This document shows, in pieces, positions 28,917 to 38,422 of a stretch of DNA of 64,000 nt. The position numbers and the translations under genes are program-made. Where the stretch lies: the NCBI GenBank assembly GCA_001825335.1, contig MHWA01000004.1, forward strand, positions 35,341 through 99,340. Direction: 5' to 3'. Each line of letters starts with the position of its first letter. Positions within the stretch are counted from its first letter, which is position 1. The notes under the pieces were generated by a model, which saw nothing but the letters and a program-made list of their open reading frames with translations, had not been told where the DNA came from and ran no database searches. Origin of the DNA: Candidatus Zambryskibacteria bacterium RIFCSPLOWO2_01_FULL_35_19 (GTDB lineage Bacteria > Patescibacteriota > Minisyncoccia > Phycocordibacterales > WO2-35-19).

Positions 28917-31163
28917 CTAAAAATTCTGATAATTGGCAATCACTTCTTTTATAAGGTCAGCCAACTTCTCAGCCATTTCTTCCACTTTAACATTTGCAAT
29001 GCTATTTGGATAATATCTGCCAACATGATCGGTCCCCCCACCTATACCCAAACCTATCAAACGAATATCGCTTTCTTCAAGCACTTGTTTGATCATTTTC
29101 CCAAGTTCATATTTTGTCCTCGGATGCATTGAGGATTCCTCAGGTGTGCCATCAGACATGACAATCAAAAATTTCTGATCGGCTTTTTGTTTCTCTAATC
29201 TTTTTGAGGCTTGCTCCAATGCCCAGCCGTCATCATTCCATCTGGCCTTCCCTGTATCGCTAGTATCGTTTACCTCTTGAAGCATGCCTCCCATATGCTC
29301 TCTTATAATTTTGGACATCTGCTCTCCAAAATCTTGATACTCATACATGCGATCATTAAATCCAAGTATTTCAAGATTTATAGATAAGCGGTTTAAAACT
29401 TCCGACAAAACAATAACGGCTTTGAAAGTTTCTTCTATTTTATTTCCGTTGGACATAGAACCGGAAAGATCAACCAATATGGAAATAGCGTAATCTTTTT
29501 CTTTTGGAAGTTCTCTTTTTTGCCAAGCTTTGCTCTCCATAGCCGGAACAGATTTGGCTTTCTCTTGAATCCTTCTTTTAATATCAATCCGCTTGCCGGT
29601 AGTGAAGCCGCTTTTCCAGCCTCTGGCTCTACGCTCGACGAATATCTCTCTCAAATCATTTTCAAGTTTGTCTATGAGCGGAAGGACTTCTTTTCTCATT
29701 CGTTCATAAACATTTTCGTCCTTTTTTAATTCTTTAGCTACTCTGTCTTTGTATTTTTTTAATTCTTCCTCATCAACTTCTTGTGTTTCTCTTCCGGTTT
29801 TTGTTTCTTGCTCAACTTCTTGTTTTGGCTTAACTTCGGCATCTCGTTCCGCCTTCTTTTCCGGATTATCAGAAAGTTTGCCTTGCAACTCTTCATTAAG
29901 AGCCTCCTCAAATTCTTTCATGGCTTTTTCAGCCTTATCTTTTATTTCTTTTTGCTCTCCTTCCGGGAGAGACTGGATATACTCTTTTATCTTTTGTTTT
30001 AAATCTTCAGAAAGAGAGTCTAAATCTATAGGTTTGGTTCCCGGGGATTGTTGTCCTTCCGTATCCTGTGGTTCACCTTCTCCAGCTGATTCGGAAGACT
30101 CTTCAGATTTTTCTCCTTTCTCTCCTTCAGCTTGTTGCTTTTCTTTCTCTGCTTTTTCTTTAGCCTCCTGTTGCTCCTTTTTGGCCTGTTCAATGGCTTT
30201 CTTTATGGCCTCCTCTAAAGCTTGCTGCTCTTCCGGAGTTAATTTATCTTTCAGTTCTTGTGGCATTCCTTTTTCTCCTTTTTCTTCGCCTCCGTCTTTT
30301 TCTTTCTGCATATCCTTTAACAATTCTTCCATTTTTTGATCTTCCATATCAGCTTCAACCAATTTTTTAAACTCTGGCCATATTTGATCTCGATTTATTT
30401 GATACGAAAGCTCGGCATATTTTCTGATCAACCCTTCGCTTTTGTCAGCCTCTTGTCTAGAAGGATATCTGAGCCAGGAATCTTGGGCCGATAACAGAGT
30501 CGCTTCAACTGCAGTTTTAACTTCCTCCGGCAAATCTGGAGACAATTCAAAATCTTGCTCTTTAGTTTCTCTAAACCATTGTTTAATATATTCAAATCCG
30601 GCCTGCATAAAGCGGGGCTTATATCCAAGTTTTTGCTCGGCTTTTTCTTTGGCCTTGGCTTCAAAATCCAAATCTTGTTCATAGGCCAAACCCATTTGTT
30701 CTCCAAATTTAGGATAACTTTCAGCCACAAAGTTATTGTCTCTTGGGTCTTCTATAGAATTCATCATGAAAGAAAACCCCGGTTGCTTCCATTCTTCCAA
30801 AGGAATAAAATCAGTCCGGCTGATTCTTCTGTGGCCGCCTTCATGAGAAATGACAAATCTTAAATAATCCATCGGTTTTTCCAAAAGATCTTTAGGATCA
30901 ATTCGTATTATGTTATTTTTAAAATCCCAATACCAACCGCCACCAGATTCATTAAGCTCAATTGGAATACGAAAATCTTTGCCTATGAAATACGCAAGAG
31001 AAGAGAGGGTCTGTTGTTTTTGTTTTATTTCTTCCTGCTGTTCAGGAGTAAACTCCGCAAGAATTTGTTTTTCTCTTTCTGGTTTCAGAGCTTTATATAT
31101 CTGCTCCGGCATTTCCGCAGTTTCGTTTTCAGGTATTTTGCCGTCTAATTTAATGCCCTCCAT
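28917..31163 (-). CDS. vWA-domain protein with N-terminal HExxH and acidic linker (CobT/NorD-like MoxR partner)
   Basis: SHEGGH, IEDPR, E/K-rich linker, MIDAS DLSGSM, MSDG; start placed at ATG 31163 behind TATAAT. Confidence 0.88.
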   Translation of the reverse strand: MEGIKLDGKIPENETAEMPEQIYKALKPEREKQILAEFTPEQQEEIKQKQQTLSSLAYFIGKDFRIPIELNESGGGWYWDFKNNIIRIDPKDLLEKPMDYLRFVISHEGGHRRISRTDFIPLEEWKQPGFSFMMNSIEDPRDNNFVAESYPKFGEQMGLAYEQDLDFEAKAKEKAEQKLGYKPRFMQAGFEYIKQWFRETKEQDFELSPDLPEEVKTAVEATLLSAQDSWLRYPSRQEADKSEGLIRKYAELSYQINRDQIWPEFKKLVEADMEDQKMEELLKDMQKEKDGGEEKGEKGMPQELKDKLTPEEQQALEEAIKKAIEQAKKEQQEAKEKAEKEKQQAEGEKGEKSEESSESAGEGEPQDTEGQQSPGTKPIDLDSLSEDLKQKIKEYIQSLPEGEQKEIKDKAEKAMKEFEEALNEELQGKLSDNPEKKAERDAEVKPKQEVEQETKTGRETQEVDEEELKKYKDRVAKELKKDENVYERMRKEVLPLIDKLENDLREIFVERRARGWKSGFTTGKRIDIKRRIQEKAKSVPAMESKAWQKRELPKEKDYAISILVDLSGSMSNGNKIEETFKAVIVLSEVLNRLSINLEILGFNDRMYEYQDFGEQMSKIIREHMGGMLQEVNDTSDTGKARWNDDGWALEQASKRLEKQKADQKFLIVMSDGTPEESSMHPRTKYELGKMIKQVLEESDIRLIGLGIGGGTDHVGRYYPNSIANVKVEEMAEKLADLIKEVIANYQNF

Positions 31164-31415
31164 AAAATTGATTATAACTATATTGTGTCGCAAATTGGAC
31201 AATAAGACAAATATGGACTGATGCGGATTTAAGCGGTATTATTTATAGATAATTGAATAAGCCTAAACTTGCCAAGCCAAATTAGCAAGCATGGCGCAAA
31301 CCCAACCACGGCAGAGAACTCCTCGTTCAGGAGCACCGTGGTTGGTCCCATCCGGAAACGGGTGGTGGGTGGCGTAAGCCATCGCCTGGCGGGGAGTTTT
31401 CTGCCATCCCAAAAC

Positions 31416-32951
31416 TTAATATTGTTGTTTTGGTCTGTAAGAAATAGCTTCTAAAATATGGGAAGAAGAAATCTCAATGGAAGATTCTAGATCCGCAATG
31501 GTACGAGCCAACTTAATGATTTTGTGATAACTCCTAGCAGAAAGATCTAAAGTTTTTGCCGATCTGTTTAAAATCTCTTTTACTTCGTCTGATATTTTTA
31601 AAATGAGAGTAATATCTCTAGCATTCATTTCAGAGTTAGTAGATATTTTTCTACCAGCATTTTTGAATCTTTTTTCTTGAATATCTCTCGCCTTCATTAT
31701 TCTTTCCCTTGCTGGGATACTCTCACTCTTTTCGGCTTTCTCTGTTAATTTTTCATGATCTACCTTTGAAACTTCTGTCCATATATCTATACGATCTATT
31801 ATGGGTCCAGATATTTTTCTCTTGTATCTTTCAATTTGAAGCGGTGCGCAAGTACACGGTTTACCTTTTATTCCAAAATTTCCACACGGACAAGGATTCA
31901 TAGCGGCTACGAGTATGAAGTGCGCAGGAAACTTTACGGTGCCTTTGGCTCTTGAAACCGAAACAACCCTTTCTTCTAACGGCTCTCTCAAAGCTTCGAT
32001 TGCTTTATTTTCAAATTCTGGAAATTCGTCAACAAATAATATTCCCTTGTGGGCTAAAGTGACTTCCCCCGGCCTCGGATTAGTACCACCACCAATCAAA
32101 GCAACATAAGAGGCTGTGTGGTGAGGAGATCTAAAAGGTCTCTCTGCTACTAAACTATCATTCAAGGCGCCAGTCATAGAATGTATTTCTGTCACCTCTA
32201 AAGCTTCTTCAAATGAAAGTGGTGGTAGAATACCAGGCAGAGCTTTGGCGAGCATAGTTTTTCCTGTTCCAGGAGGTCCATAAAGAGCGATGTTGTGTCC
32301 GCCAGCCGCGGCTATCTCCAAAGCCCGTTTAGCTGATTCTTGACCTTTAATATCGGCAAGATCAAGAGAAATGTTATGCAAATTTTTTATCTCTTTTTTC
32401 TTTTCTTGTTTTAGCTTTTGGTTTATATCAGTATCATGGGCAACATGATTTATAATTTCCACCAAAGTTTCTGCTCCAAAAACAGCAATGCCGTCAACAA
32501 GAGCTGCTTCTGGAGCGTTTTCCACTGGTAGATATATTTCTCTGAAACCTTTTTCTTTTGCCTTACGAGCAAATGCTAAAGCTCCTTTTACGGATCGCAA
32601 ACCTCCGTCAAGTGAGAGCTCTCCAAGAAAAATTTTGTCTTTAGAATCAAACAGAATATCTCCGCTTGCTAACAAATATGACAAAGCAATAGCAACGTCT
32701 AAACCAGATCCTTCTTTTCTGACTTCAGCTGGTGCTAAAGATATAACAACTTTATGATTTTTTGACTTTGGGGATTCAAAACCAGAATTCTTAACAGCAG
32801 CGCTTATTCTATCTTTAGCTTCTTCAACGGCCTTATCACCTAGTCCAACTATTGAGAAAGAATTCAATCCTCTGGAAAGATCAGCCTCCACATCAACAAT
32901 ATATGGTTTGAGAAGTGAAGCTTGAGCACTGTGAACTTTAGCATATGACAT
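31416..32951 (-). CDS. comM: Intact comM/YifB copy carried by the element
   Basis: Full 511 aa: Lon-like N-domain, GPPGTGKT, FRSPHHTAS, DEFPEF, NPCPCG. Confidence 0.95.
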   Translation of the reverse strand: MSYAKVHSAQASLLKPYIVDVEADLSRGLNSFSIVGLGDKAVEEAKDRISAAVKNSGFESPKSKNHKVVISLAPAEVRKEGSGLDVAIALSYLLASGDILFDSKDKIFLGELSLDGGLRSVKGALAFARKAKEKGFREIYLPVENAPEAALVDGIAVFGAETLVEIINHVAHDTDINQKLKQEKKKEIKNLHNISLDLADIKGQESAKRALEIAAAGGHNIALYGPPGTGKTMLAKALPGILPPLSFEEALEVTEIHSMTGALNDSLVAERPFRSPHHTASYVALIGGGTNPRPGEVTLAHKGILFVDEFPEFENKAIEALREPLEERVVSVSRAKGTVKFPAHFILVAAMNPCPCGNFGIKGKPCTCAPLQIERYKRKISGPIIDRIDIWTEVSKVDHEKLTEKAEKSESIPARERIMKARDIQEKRFKNAGRKISTNSEMNARDITLILKISDEVKEILNRSAKTLDLSARSYHKIIKLARTIADLESSIEISSSHILEAISYRPKQQY

Positions 32952-33080
32952 ATTGTACTTTTATAATAACAAATTTTCTGAACACTTTTTCGCGAAGAAG
33001 CGGAGGCCTTCCTATACAGGCCATATACTGCCTCTTTTTTTTATTGCTTTTACAAACCGACCATCAATTTGTTCGTACCG

Positions 33081-34037
33081 CTAAACAGCATATACCCCTC
33101 TTTCCAAGCCGACTATTAGAAAGAGCACTCCTTTGTGAGCTAAAGTAACTTCGCCCGGCTTTATATTGCTCCCCCCTCCGATGATAGCTACATGAGAAGC
33201 AGTGTGATGCGGAGAACGAAAAGGTCTCTCAAAAACCAATATGTCATTTAAAAATCCAGACATAGAATGAATCTCTGTCACTTCTAAAATTTCATCAAAT
33301 GAAAGCGGAGGCAAAATACCAGAAAGAGCTTTGGCCAACATTGTTTTACCTGTCCCCGGTGGTCCATAAAGAGCGATATTGTGTCCACCAGCAGCTGCTA
33401 TTTCCAAAGCTCGTTTAGCTGATTCTTGACCTTTAATATCTGCCAAATCAAGCGAAATATTTCTCAAATTTTTAATCTCTCTTTTCTTTTCTTGTTTTAT
33501 TTTTTGATTTATATCAGTATCGTGAGCAATATGATTTATTATTTCCTGTAAAGTTTCTGCCCCGAAAACAGCAATACCCTCTACCAAAACGGCTTCTGGA
33601 GCATTTTCAATTGGCAAATATATTTCCCTGAAGCCCTTTTCTTTAGCTTTACGAGCAAAAGCCAAAGCTCCCTTGACTCTCCGCAATCTACCATCAAGTG
33701 AAAGTTCTCCCAAAAAAATCTTGTCTTTAGAATCAAAAATAATATCACCACTGGCTAATAGATATGAAAGAGCAATAGCCACATCCAGACCAGAGCCCTC
33801 CTTTTTAACCTCGGCAGGAGCAAGGGAGATCACCACTTTGTGATTTTTTGATTTTGGAGATTCAAAACCGGAGTTTTTAACGGCTGCACTAATCCTATCT
33901 TTGGCTTCATCTACCGCCTTGTCTCATAAGCCAACAATAGAAAAAGAATTCAGACCGCGAGAGAGATCTGCTTCTACGTCAACAATATAAGGTTTTAAAA
34001 GTGATGCTTGAGCGCTGTGAACTTTGGCGTAAGACAT
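33081..34037 (-). pseudogene. comM: 5' part of host comM, truncated at the att site and with a nonsense codon
   Basis: ATG 34037 MSYAKVHSAQ; codon 38 is TGA (33924-33926) where the intact copy has Gly; homology ends at HKGVLFL. Confidence 0.92.
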
Positions 34038-34054
34038 AATTTTCAATCTTTCAA

Positions 34055-34423
34055 TCAACTCTCCATATGAGCTTTGCAAGTGCGAGCAGCGGGGTTAGCG
34101 ATAAGACGCTCTTCTTCTATTTCTTCGCCCGAGACTTCACACATACCATATTCATTTTTTTCAATCTTAGTTAAAGCATCTTTGACATCATTGTATCTGA
34201 TTTCTAGTTCTTTTAAGACCGCAGTATTACTTTCAAATTCTTCAATATTGTCAGCCACTTCATTTGAGTCGGCGCTATCAACATTCATATCAGAGGGTTC
34301 AGCTTCCCAATCTTTTTTGTTAGATGGATTTTTTCGTCCAATAGAATTCAACTCATTCTCAACTAAGATGAGTTCTTCTTCTAATTTGGTCTTAAAATAT
34401 TCTATGTCTATATCATTTCTCAT
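34055..34423 (-). CDS. TraR/DksA family protein
   Basis: Coiled coil with DxAD, YGMCEVSGEEIEEERLIANPAARTC. Confidence 0.88.
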   Translation of the reverse strand: MRNDIDIEYFKTKLEEELILVENELNSIGRKNPSNKKDWEAEPSDMNVDSADSNEVADNIEEFESNTAVLKELEIRYNDVKDALTKIEKNEYGMCEVSGEEIEEERLIANPAARTCKAHMES

Positions 34424-34447
34424 AATGCATATTATATCACAAATTAT

Positions 34448-35455
34448 TTATCTAACAATTGAACGAGAAGCGTAAACAGAGGATACTTCTCCTATAGCTG
34501 TCAAATCTCCAGTAATCAAAATAGTATTTTTATCAAGAAAAGTGTAAGCCATCTTGGCTTGATTTTTAGAATTAATCAATCCTCTAGTGTCCTTGTTTTT
34601 AATAATAATATCTTTCCAAGCAAAAATTTCTGGCTTTAAAGGTATCGTAGTTTCTGTGGTGCTAGCCGTCTGTTTTAAATCTATTGGAGAATCAACACTT
34701 TGCGTTTTTGGATTCAAAAAAGCCAAATCTTCTATCATATTATTTTCCCATTCAAGCATACCCGAAAAAGCTCTTCCAAAATCGTTCACCGTCAATATAA
34801 TAAAGGGGAAAGTTTTTTCGTTTTGAGAAATAGCGCCAACTAGATATTCATCTTTAAGAGTTCTCTCTAAAATAGACGGCAAAGAAACTCCCAAAAAATC
34901 AAACAAGTCCTCTGGCTTTTTAAACAGTTCTCCATCAGTCCCTGATATTTGAAAAGCACTAACTCCATTTTCCAAATGTAATCCCGAAAGTTCAGACCCA
35001 AAATTTGTTTTGGTAACATTGGCGAGAGTAACCAGATTATTGTAAGGAAGGATATCTTGCTCAAGTGTCACTTCAACTACTGGTGATATTTTTAATGTCT
35101 TGATGATATAAAAAATAACAGTGCCTGCACTAATAATTAAAAACAAACTCAAGATTATTATTGTAAAATTTATTTGAAGACCACTATATTTTGATTTTTC
35201 TTTTGACTTTGGAAACATTACTGGATTTTCTACTTCTTTTTTTTCTTTTATCTGTTCTGTTTGTCTTTTTTCTTTCTCTCTTTCTTCTTTTTCTTTTTCT
35301 TTCACCACAATAGAGACGATTGATTCGTCTTTATTTTTTATAAATTCAGCCATATCTCCTTGATAGGTGCGCAATGAGGGTAGTTTGGTTTTATTGTGCA
35401 AAAGATCAATCACTTTACCAAACTTATTAACTTCTTCCTTTTTTTCAGGATCCAT
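34448..35455 (-). CDS. Single-pass membrane hypothetical protein
   Basis: LRTYQGD N-terminal motif, one TM segment, extracellular domain. Confidence 0.7.
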   Translation of the reverse strand: MDPEKKEEVNKFGKVIDLLHNKTKLPSLRTYQGDMAEFIKNKDESIVSIVVKEKEKEEREKEKRQTEQIKEKKEVENPVMFPKSKEKSKYSGLQINFTIIILSLFLIISAGTVIFYIIKTLKISPVVEVTLEQDILPYNNLVTLANVTKTNFGSELSGLHLENGVSAFQISGTDGELFKKPEDLFDFLGVSLPSILERTLKDEYLVGAISQNEKTFPFIILTVNDFGRAFSGMLEWENNMIEDLAFLNPKTQSVDSPIDLKQTASTTETTIPLKPEIFAWKDIIIKNKDTRGLINSKNQAKMAYTFLDKNTILITGDLTAIGEVSSVYASRSIVR

Positions 35456-35510
35456 AATTATAATATTAGCACAAATAAAATAGGATTTTTAAATTCCCCA
35501 AATTTTAGCC

Positions 35511-35915
35511 CTAGTGCTTCTCTCTATTTTTTATTTCAATTTCTTCTTTTAATAAATCAAATTTGACTATAAAATTCTCAAAAAAACCTTTCTGACCAAC
35601 CAAACCATAGGGCATTGCTTTTCCAGCCACGCTTGGCATAAAACCAGCGTTTATTTCAAAAGGCCAGCCTCCCACTTCTATAATTATTGGATGTATATAA
35701 AAAACTGAACACTTACCGCCAACTCCAAAAACCTCTCTGGGTTTTCCCTTTCTTACATCAATTCCAAGATAACTTCCAATTTCTTCATCAAAAATACAGA
35801 GATCGGCTCCAGAATCTACAAGAACTTCATAACGAACCGATTTACCTTGATTTTTAAGTATTATCTCTATAACAGGTCTTAATATTGATCCATATTGTTT
35901 ATATTTGAATTTCAT
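35511..35915 (-). CDS. Retropepsin-like aspartyl protease
   Basis: RPVI, LVDSGAD, GLVGQKGFF. Confidence 0.85.
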   Translation of the reverse strand: MKFKYKQYGSILRPVIEIILKNQGKSVRYEVLVDSGADLCIFDEEIGSYLGIDVRKGKPREVFGVGGKCSVFYIHPIIIEVGGWPFEINAGFMPSVAGKAMPYGLVGQKGFFENFIVKFDLLKEEIEIKNREKH

Positions 35916-36100
35916 AGAGAACCAACATATGTGGTTATATTTTCAGGCACTCGCATAACAATAGGATTGTTATTGTTTTTCTTTTTAGCAACAGAAATAG
36001 CCTCTTTTAAAGTTTTACCAAACCCAAGCACAGTAGTCTCGTCATCTGCCAACGCTACCCAAAGTCCTTTATATTTTTTGTATATTTTGGTCCAATCCAT
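35912..36100 (-). CDS. DUF5678-like small protein
   Basis: KYKGLWVAL...VLGFGKTLKEA...PIVMRVP; overlaps the protease start. Confidence 0.7.
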   Translation of the reverse strand: MDWTKIYKKYKGLWVALADDETTVLGFGKTLKEAISVAKKKNNNNPIVMRVPENITTYVGSL

Positions 36101-36129
36101 AATAAGAATATATTATCATAAAAAGTTTT

Positions 36130-38226
36130 TTATTTCTTTTGAATGAAATTTGGATCTACATCTTTGATAGAAAGTTTCATCCTTCCTTTATCATCTATCC
36201 CTTTAACGATAACCGGCACTTTCATACCAACTTTCATATAATCTTCTACTCTTTCAATTCGGAAAGAAGCAATTTCAGATACATGAACTAATCCATCATT
36301 TCTAGAATCAAGTTTTACTATTACTCCAAAATCAGCCACCCTAACTACTTCTCCCATAAGCTTATCTCCTGTTTTGTATTCTTTGACAATTTCTTCGATT
36401 AGAATCTTGGCTTTTTCAACTCCAGCCATTTCTCCTGTTATATAAATTATACCATCTTCTTCTATATCAATCTCTACCCCAGTCTTATCTTTGATTTCAT
36501 TTATAACTTTACCGCCTCCACCAATAACCATACCAATCTGATCTGGACGAATCTTGATAGAAATAATCCTAGGAACTCTGACGGACAACTCTTTTCTAGG
36601 GGTTTTTATTTCCGCCTCTATCACATCCAAAATTTGGAGTCTCGCCATTTTGGCTTTTTCAAAAGCTTCTTTCAAAATAGGAAGAGAGATACCAGAAACC
36701 TTGACATCCATTTGCACTGCCGTTACCCCATCTCTTGTGCCAGCCACTTTAAAATCCATATCTCCGTGTTCATCTTCCGGGCCTTGGATATCCGTAAGCA
36801 ATTTATATTTGTCACCAATCATCATAAGTCCCGAAGCAATACCCGCTACCGGTTTTTTGATTGGCACACCTGCGTCCATCAGAGCCAAAGTAGAACCGCA
36901 AACCGAACCCATTGAACTTGAGCCGTTGGAAGCCAAGACTTCAGAAACAATCCGAATAGTGTAAGGAAATTCTTCTTTAGAAGGCAAAATCGGCATCAAA
37001 GCTTTTTCAGCTAAAGCTCCGTGACCTATCATCCTTCTATTGGTGCCACCCACTCGACCAATTTCTCCAACAGAAAAAGGAGGAAAATTGTAATGGTGCA
37101 TAAACCTTTTATCAGCTTGAGTTTCCATACCACCCATTATTTGCGAATCACTAGGAGAACCCAAGGTTATAGCTGAAAAGATATGAGTCCCTCCGCGATA
37201 GAAAATGCCAGTTCCATGAAGCACCGGAGAGATGCCTCCAGCTTTAGCATATAAATTTCTCAACTCATCAAAGTCCCTATTGTCTATACGTTTACCATCT
37301 TCAATGGCAAGTTTGTGAATAAAATCATCAATAGCTTGGTGGAAAAGTTTTTTAGCAATCCGCTGGTCAGCTTCTGGCATATTTTCTTTTAAATATGCAA
37401 ACCATTCATCTTCTAAGAAATATATTTTTTCTTTACCCGGCTCTCCTATCAAATCTTTTATTTTAGTGAGAACTTCTATCTCAAAAGCTTTCTGCAAATC
37501 TGCCGGTATTGCTGTTTTTTTGATTTCTATTTTCTGATGACCAATTTCTTCAATTATTTTTTCTTGAAATTTTTGGATTTTATTAAGCTCTTCTTTAGCT
37601 TTTTCTAATGCTTGTATCAACACTTCTTCAGAAGTCTCGTTTGACCCAACCTCTATCATATTTATTTCTTCGTCCCGACCACAAGCTATCAAATCAAGTT
37701 CATAATCTGCGTTATCTCTTATTTCATAAGAAGGATTAACCAAAAATTCTTCTTTATTTTTTAATTTACCGACTCTTACCGCTCCAACCGGCCCATCCCA
37801 AGGAATAGAGGAAGTAGCCAAAGCAAGAGAAGTAGCTATCACTCCCAAAACATCAGGGTCATAGTTGCCCAATGAGAGGACAGTCACTATCACTTGGATT
37901 TCGTTTCTTAAATCATTATCAAAAAGTGGCCTAATAGTCCGGTCTATGATTCTTCCAGAAAGTATCGCCTCATCACTTGGTCTACCCTCTCTTCTCACAA
38001 ACCTTGAGCCCAAAATCTGTCCCGAAGCATAAAATCTTTCTTCGTATTCAACAGAAAGAGGAAAATACTCTATATCTTTTTCTCCTTTAGATATAACAGC
38101 TGTGGCCAAAACTGTTGTCTCTCCCAAACTCAAAAGGACCGAACCATGAGCATTTTCTGCTAAATCAGTAAATTCAGCAGTCAATTTCTCCCCCCCAATT
38201 TCCATCTCGTATTTTTTTGATTTCAT
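36130..38226 (-). CDS. pnp: Polyribonucleotide nucleotidyltransferase
   Basis: Two RNase PH domains, SNGSSSMGSVC, GDMDFKVAGT, KH and S1 domains. Confidence 0.97.
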   Translation of the reverse strand: MKSKKYEMEIGGEKLTAEFTDLAENAHGSVLLSLGETTVLATAVISKGEKDIEYFPLSVEYEERFYASGQILGSRFVRREGRPSDEAILSGRIIDRTIRPLFDNDLRNEIQVIVTVLSLGNYDPDVLGVIATSLALATSSIPWDGPVGAVRVGKLKNKEEFLVNPSYEIRDNADYELDLIACGRDEEINMIEVGSNETSEEVLIQALEKAKEELNKIQKFQEKIIEEIGHQKIEIKKTAIPADLQKAFEIEVLTKIKDLIGEPGKEKIYFLEDEWFAYLKENMPEADQRIAKKLFHQAIDDFIHKLAIEDGKRIDNRDFDELRNLYAKAGGISPVLHGTGIFYRGGTHIFSAITLGSPSDSQIMGGMETQADKRFMHHYNFPPFSVGEIGRVGGTNRRMIGHGALAEKALMPILPSKEEFPYTIRIVSEVLASNGSSSMGSVCGSTLALMDAGVPIKKPVAGIASGLMMIGDKYKLLTDIQGPEDEHGDMDFKVAGTRDGVTAVQMDVKVSGISLPILKEAFEKAKMARLQILDVIEAEIKTPRKELSVRVPRIISIKIRPDQIGMVIGGGGKVINEIKDKTGVEIDIEEDGIIYITGEMAGVEKAKILIEEIVKEYKTGDKLMGEVVRVADFGVIVKLDSRNDGLVHVSEIASFRIERVEDYMKVGMKVPVIVKGIDDKGRMKLSIKDVDPNFIQKK

Positions 38227-38422
38227 CTATTTATAGCGAGATCATTCTTGAATGTTTTTACTCCCAAATTTTGGGCCCAAAAATATTCAAAAATAAAAGT
38301 CCCGCATTATTTTTAATATTTTCAATATATCACAAGTATTACATTAAATAAAACTCCCTCAAAATAAAAGTTGTTACGTCAAACACAACGGTTTTCAGCT
38401 AAATTTTTTATTTTTTTATAAT

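Larger units (their letters stand above)
15121..33119. mobile_element. ~18 kb serine-integrase integrative element in comM
   Basis: comM halves rejoin in frame at a shared CT (AG on + at 15121-15122 and 33118-33119); joined ends give attP TTGCAAACCGA-ACATC-CT-AATAG-TCGGCTTGGAA; large serine recombinase inside. Confidence 0.92.

Noticed and set aside
29749-30339. Long antisense ORFs (this one, 41354-41875 and others)
   Set aside because: Shadows of well-supported genes on the opposite strand, without motifs or start signals
33924-33926. TGA at a Gly position suggesting genetic code 25
   Set aside because: Long conserved genes have no internal TGA, and TGA terminates others (for example DksA-like and DGR target 1); this is a single nonsense change in a disrupted gene
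14502-34037. Multiple comM pieces as an assembly artefact
   Set aside because: The copies differ at many synonymous sites, and the halves join exactly at a symmetric att core
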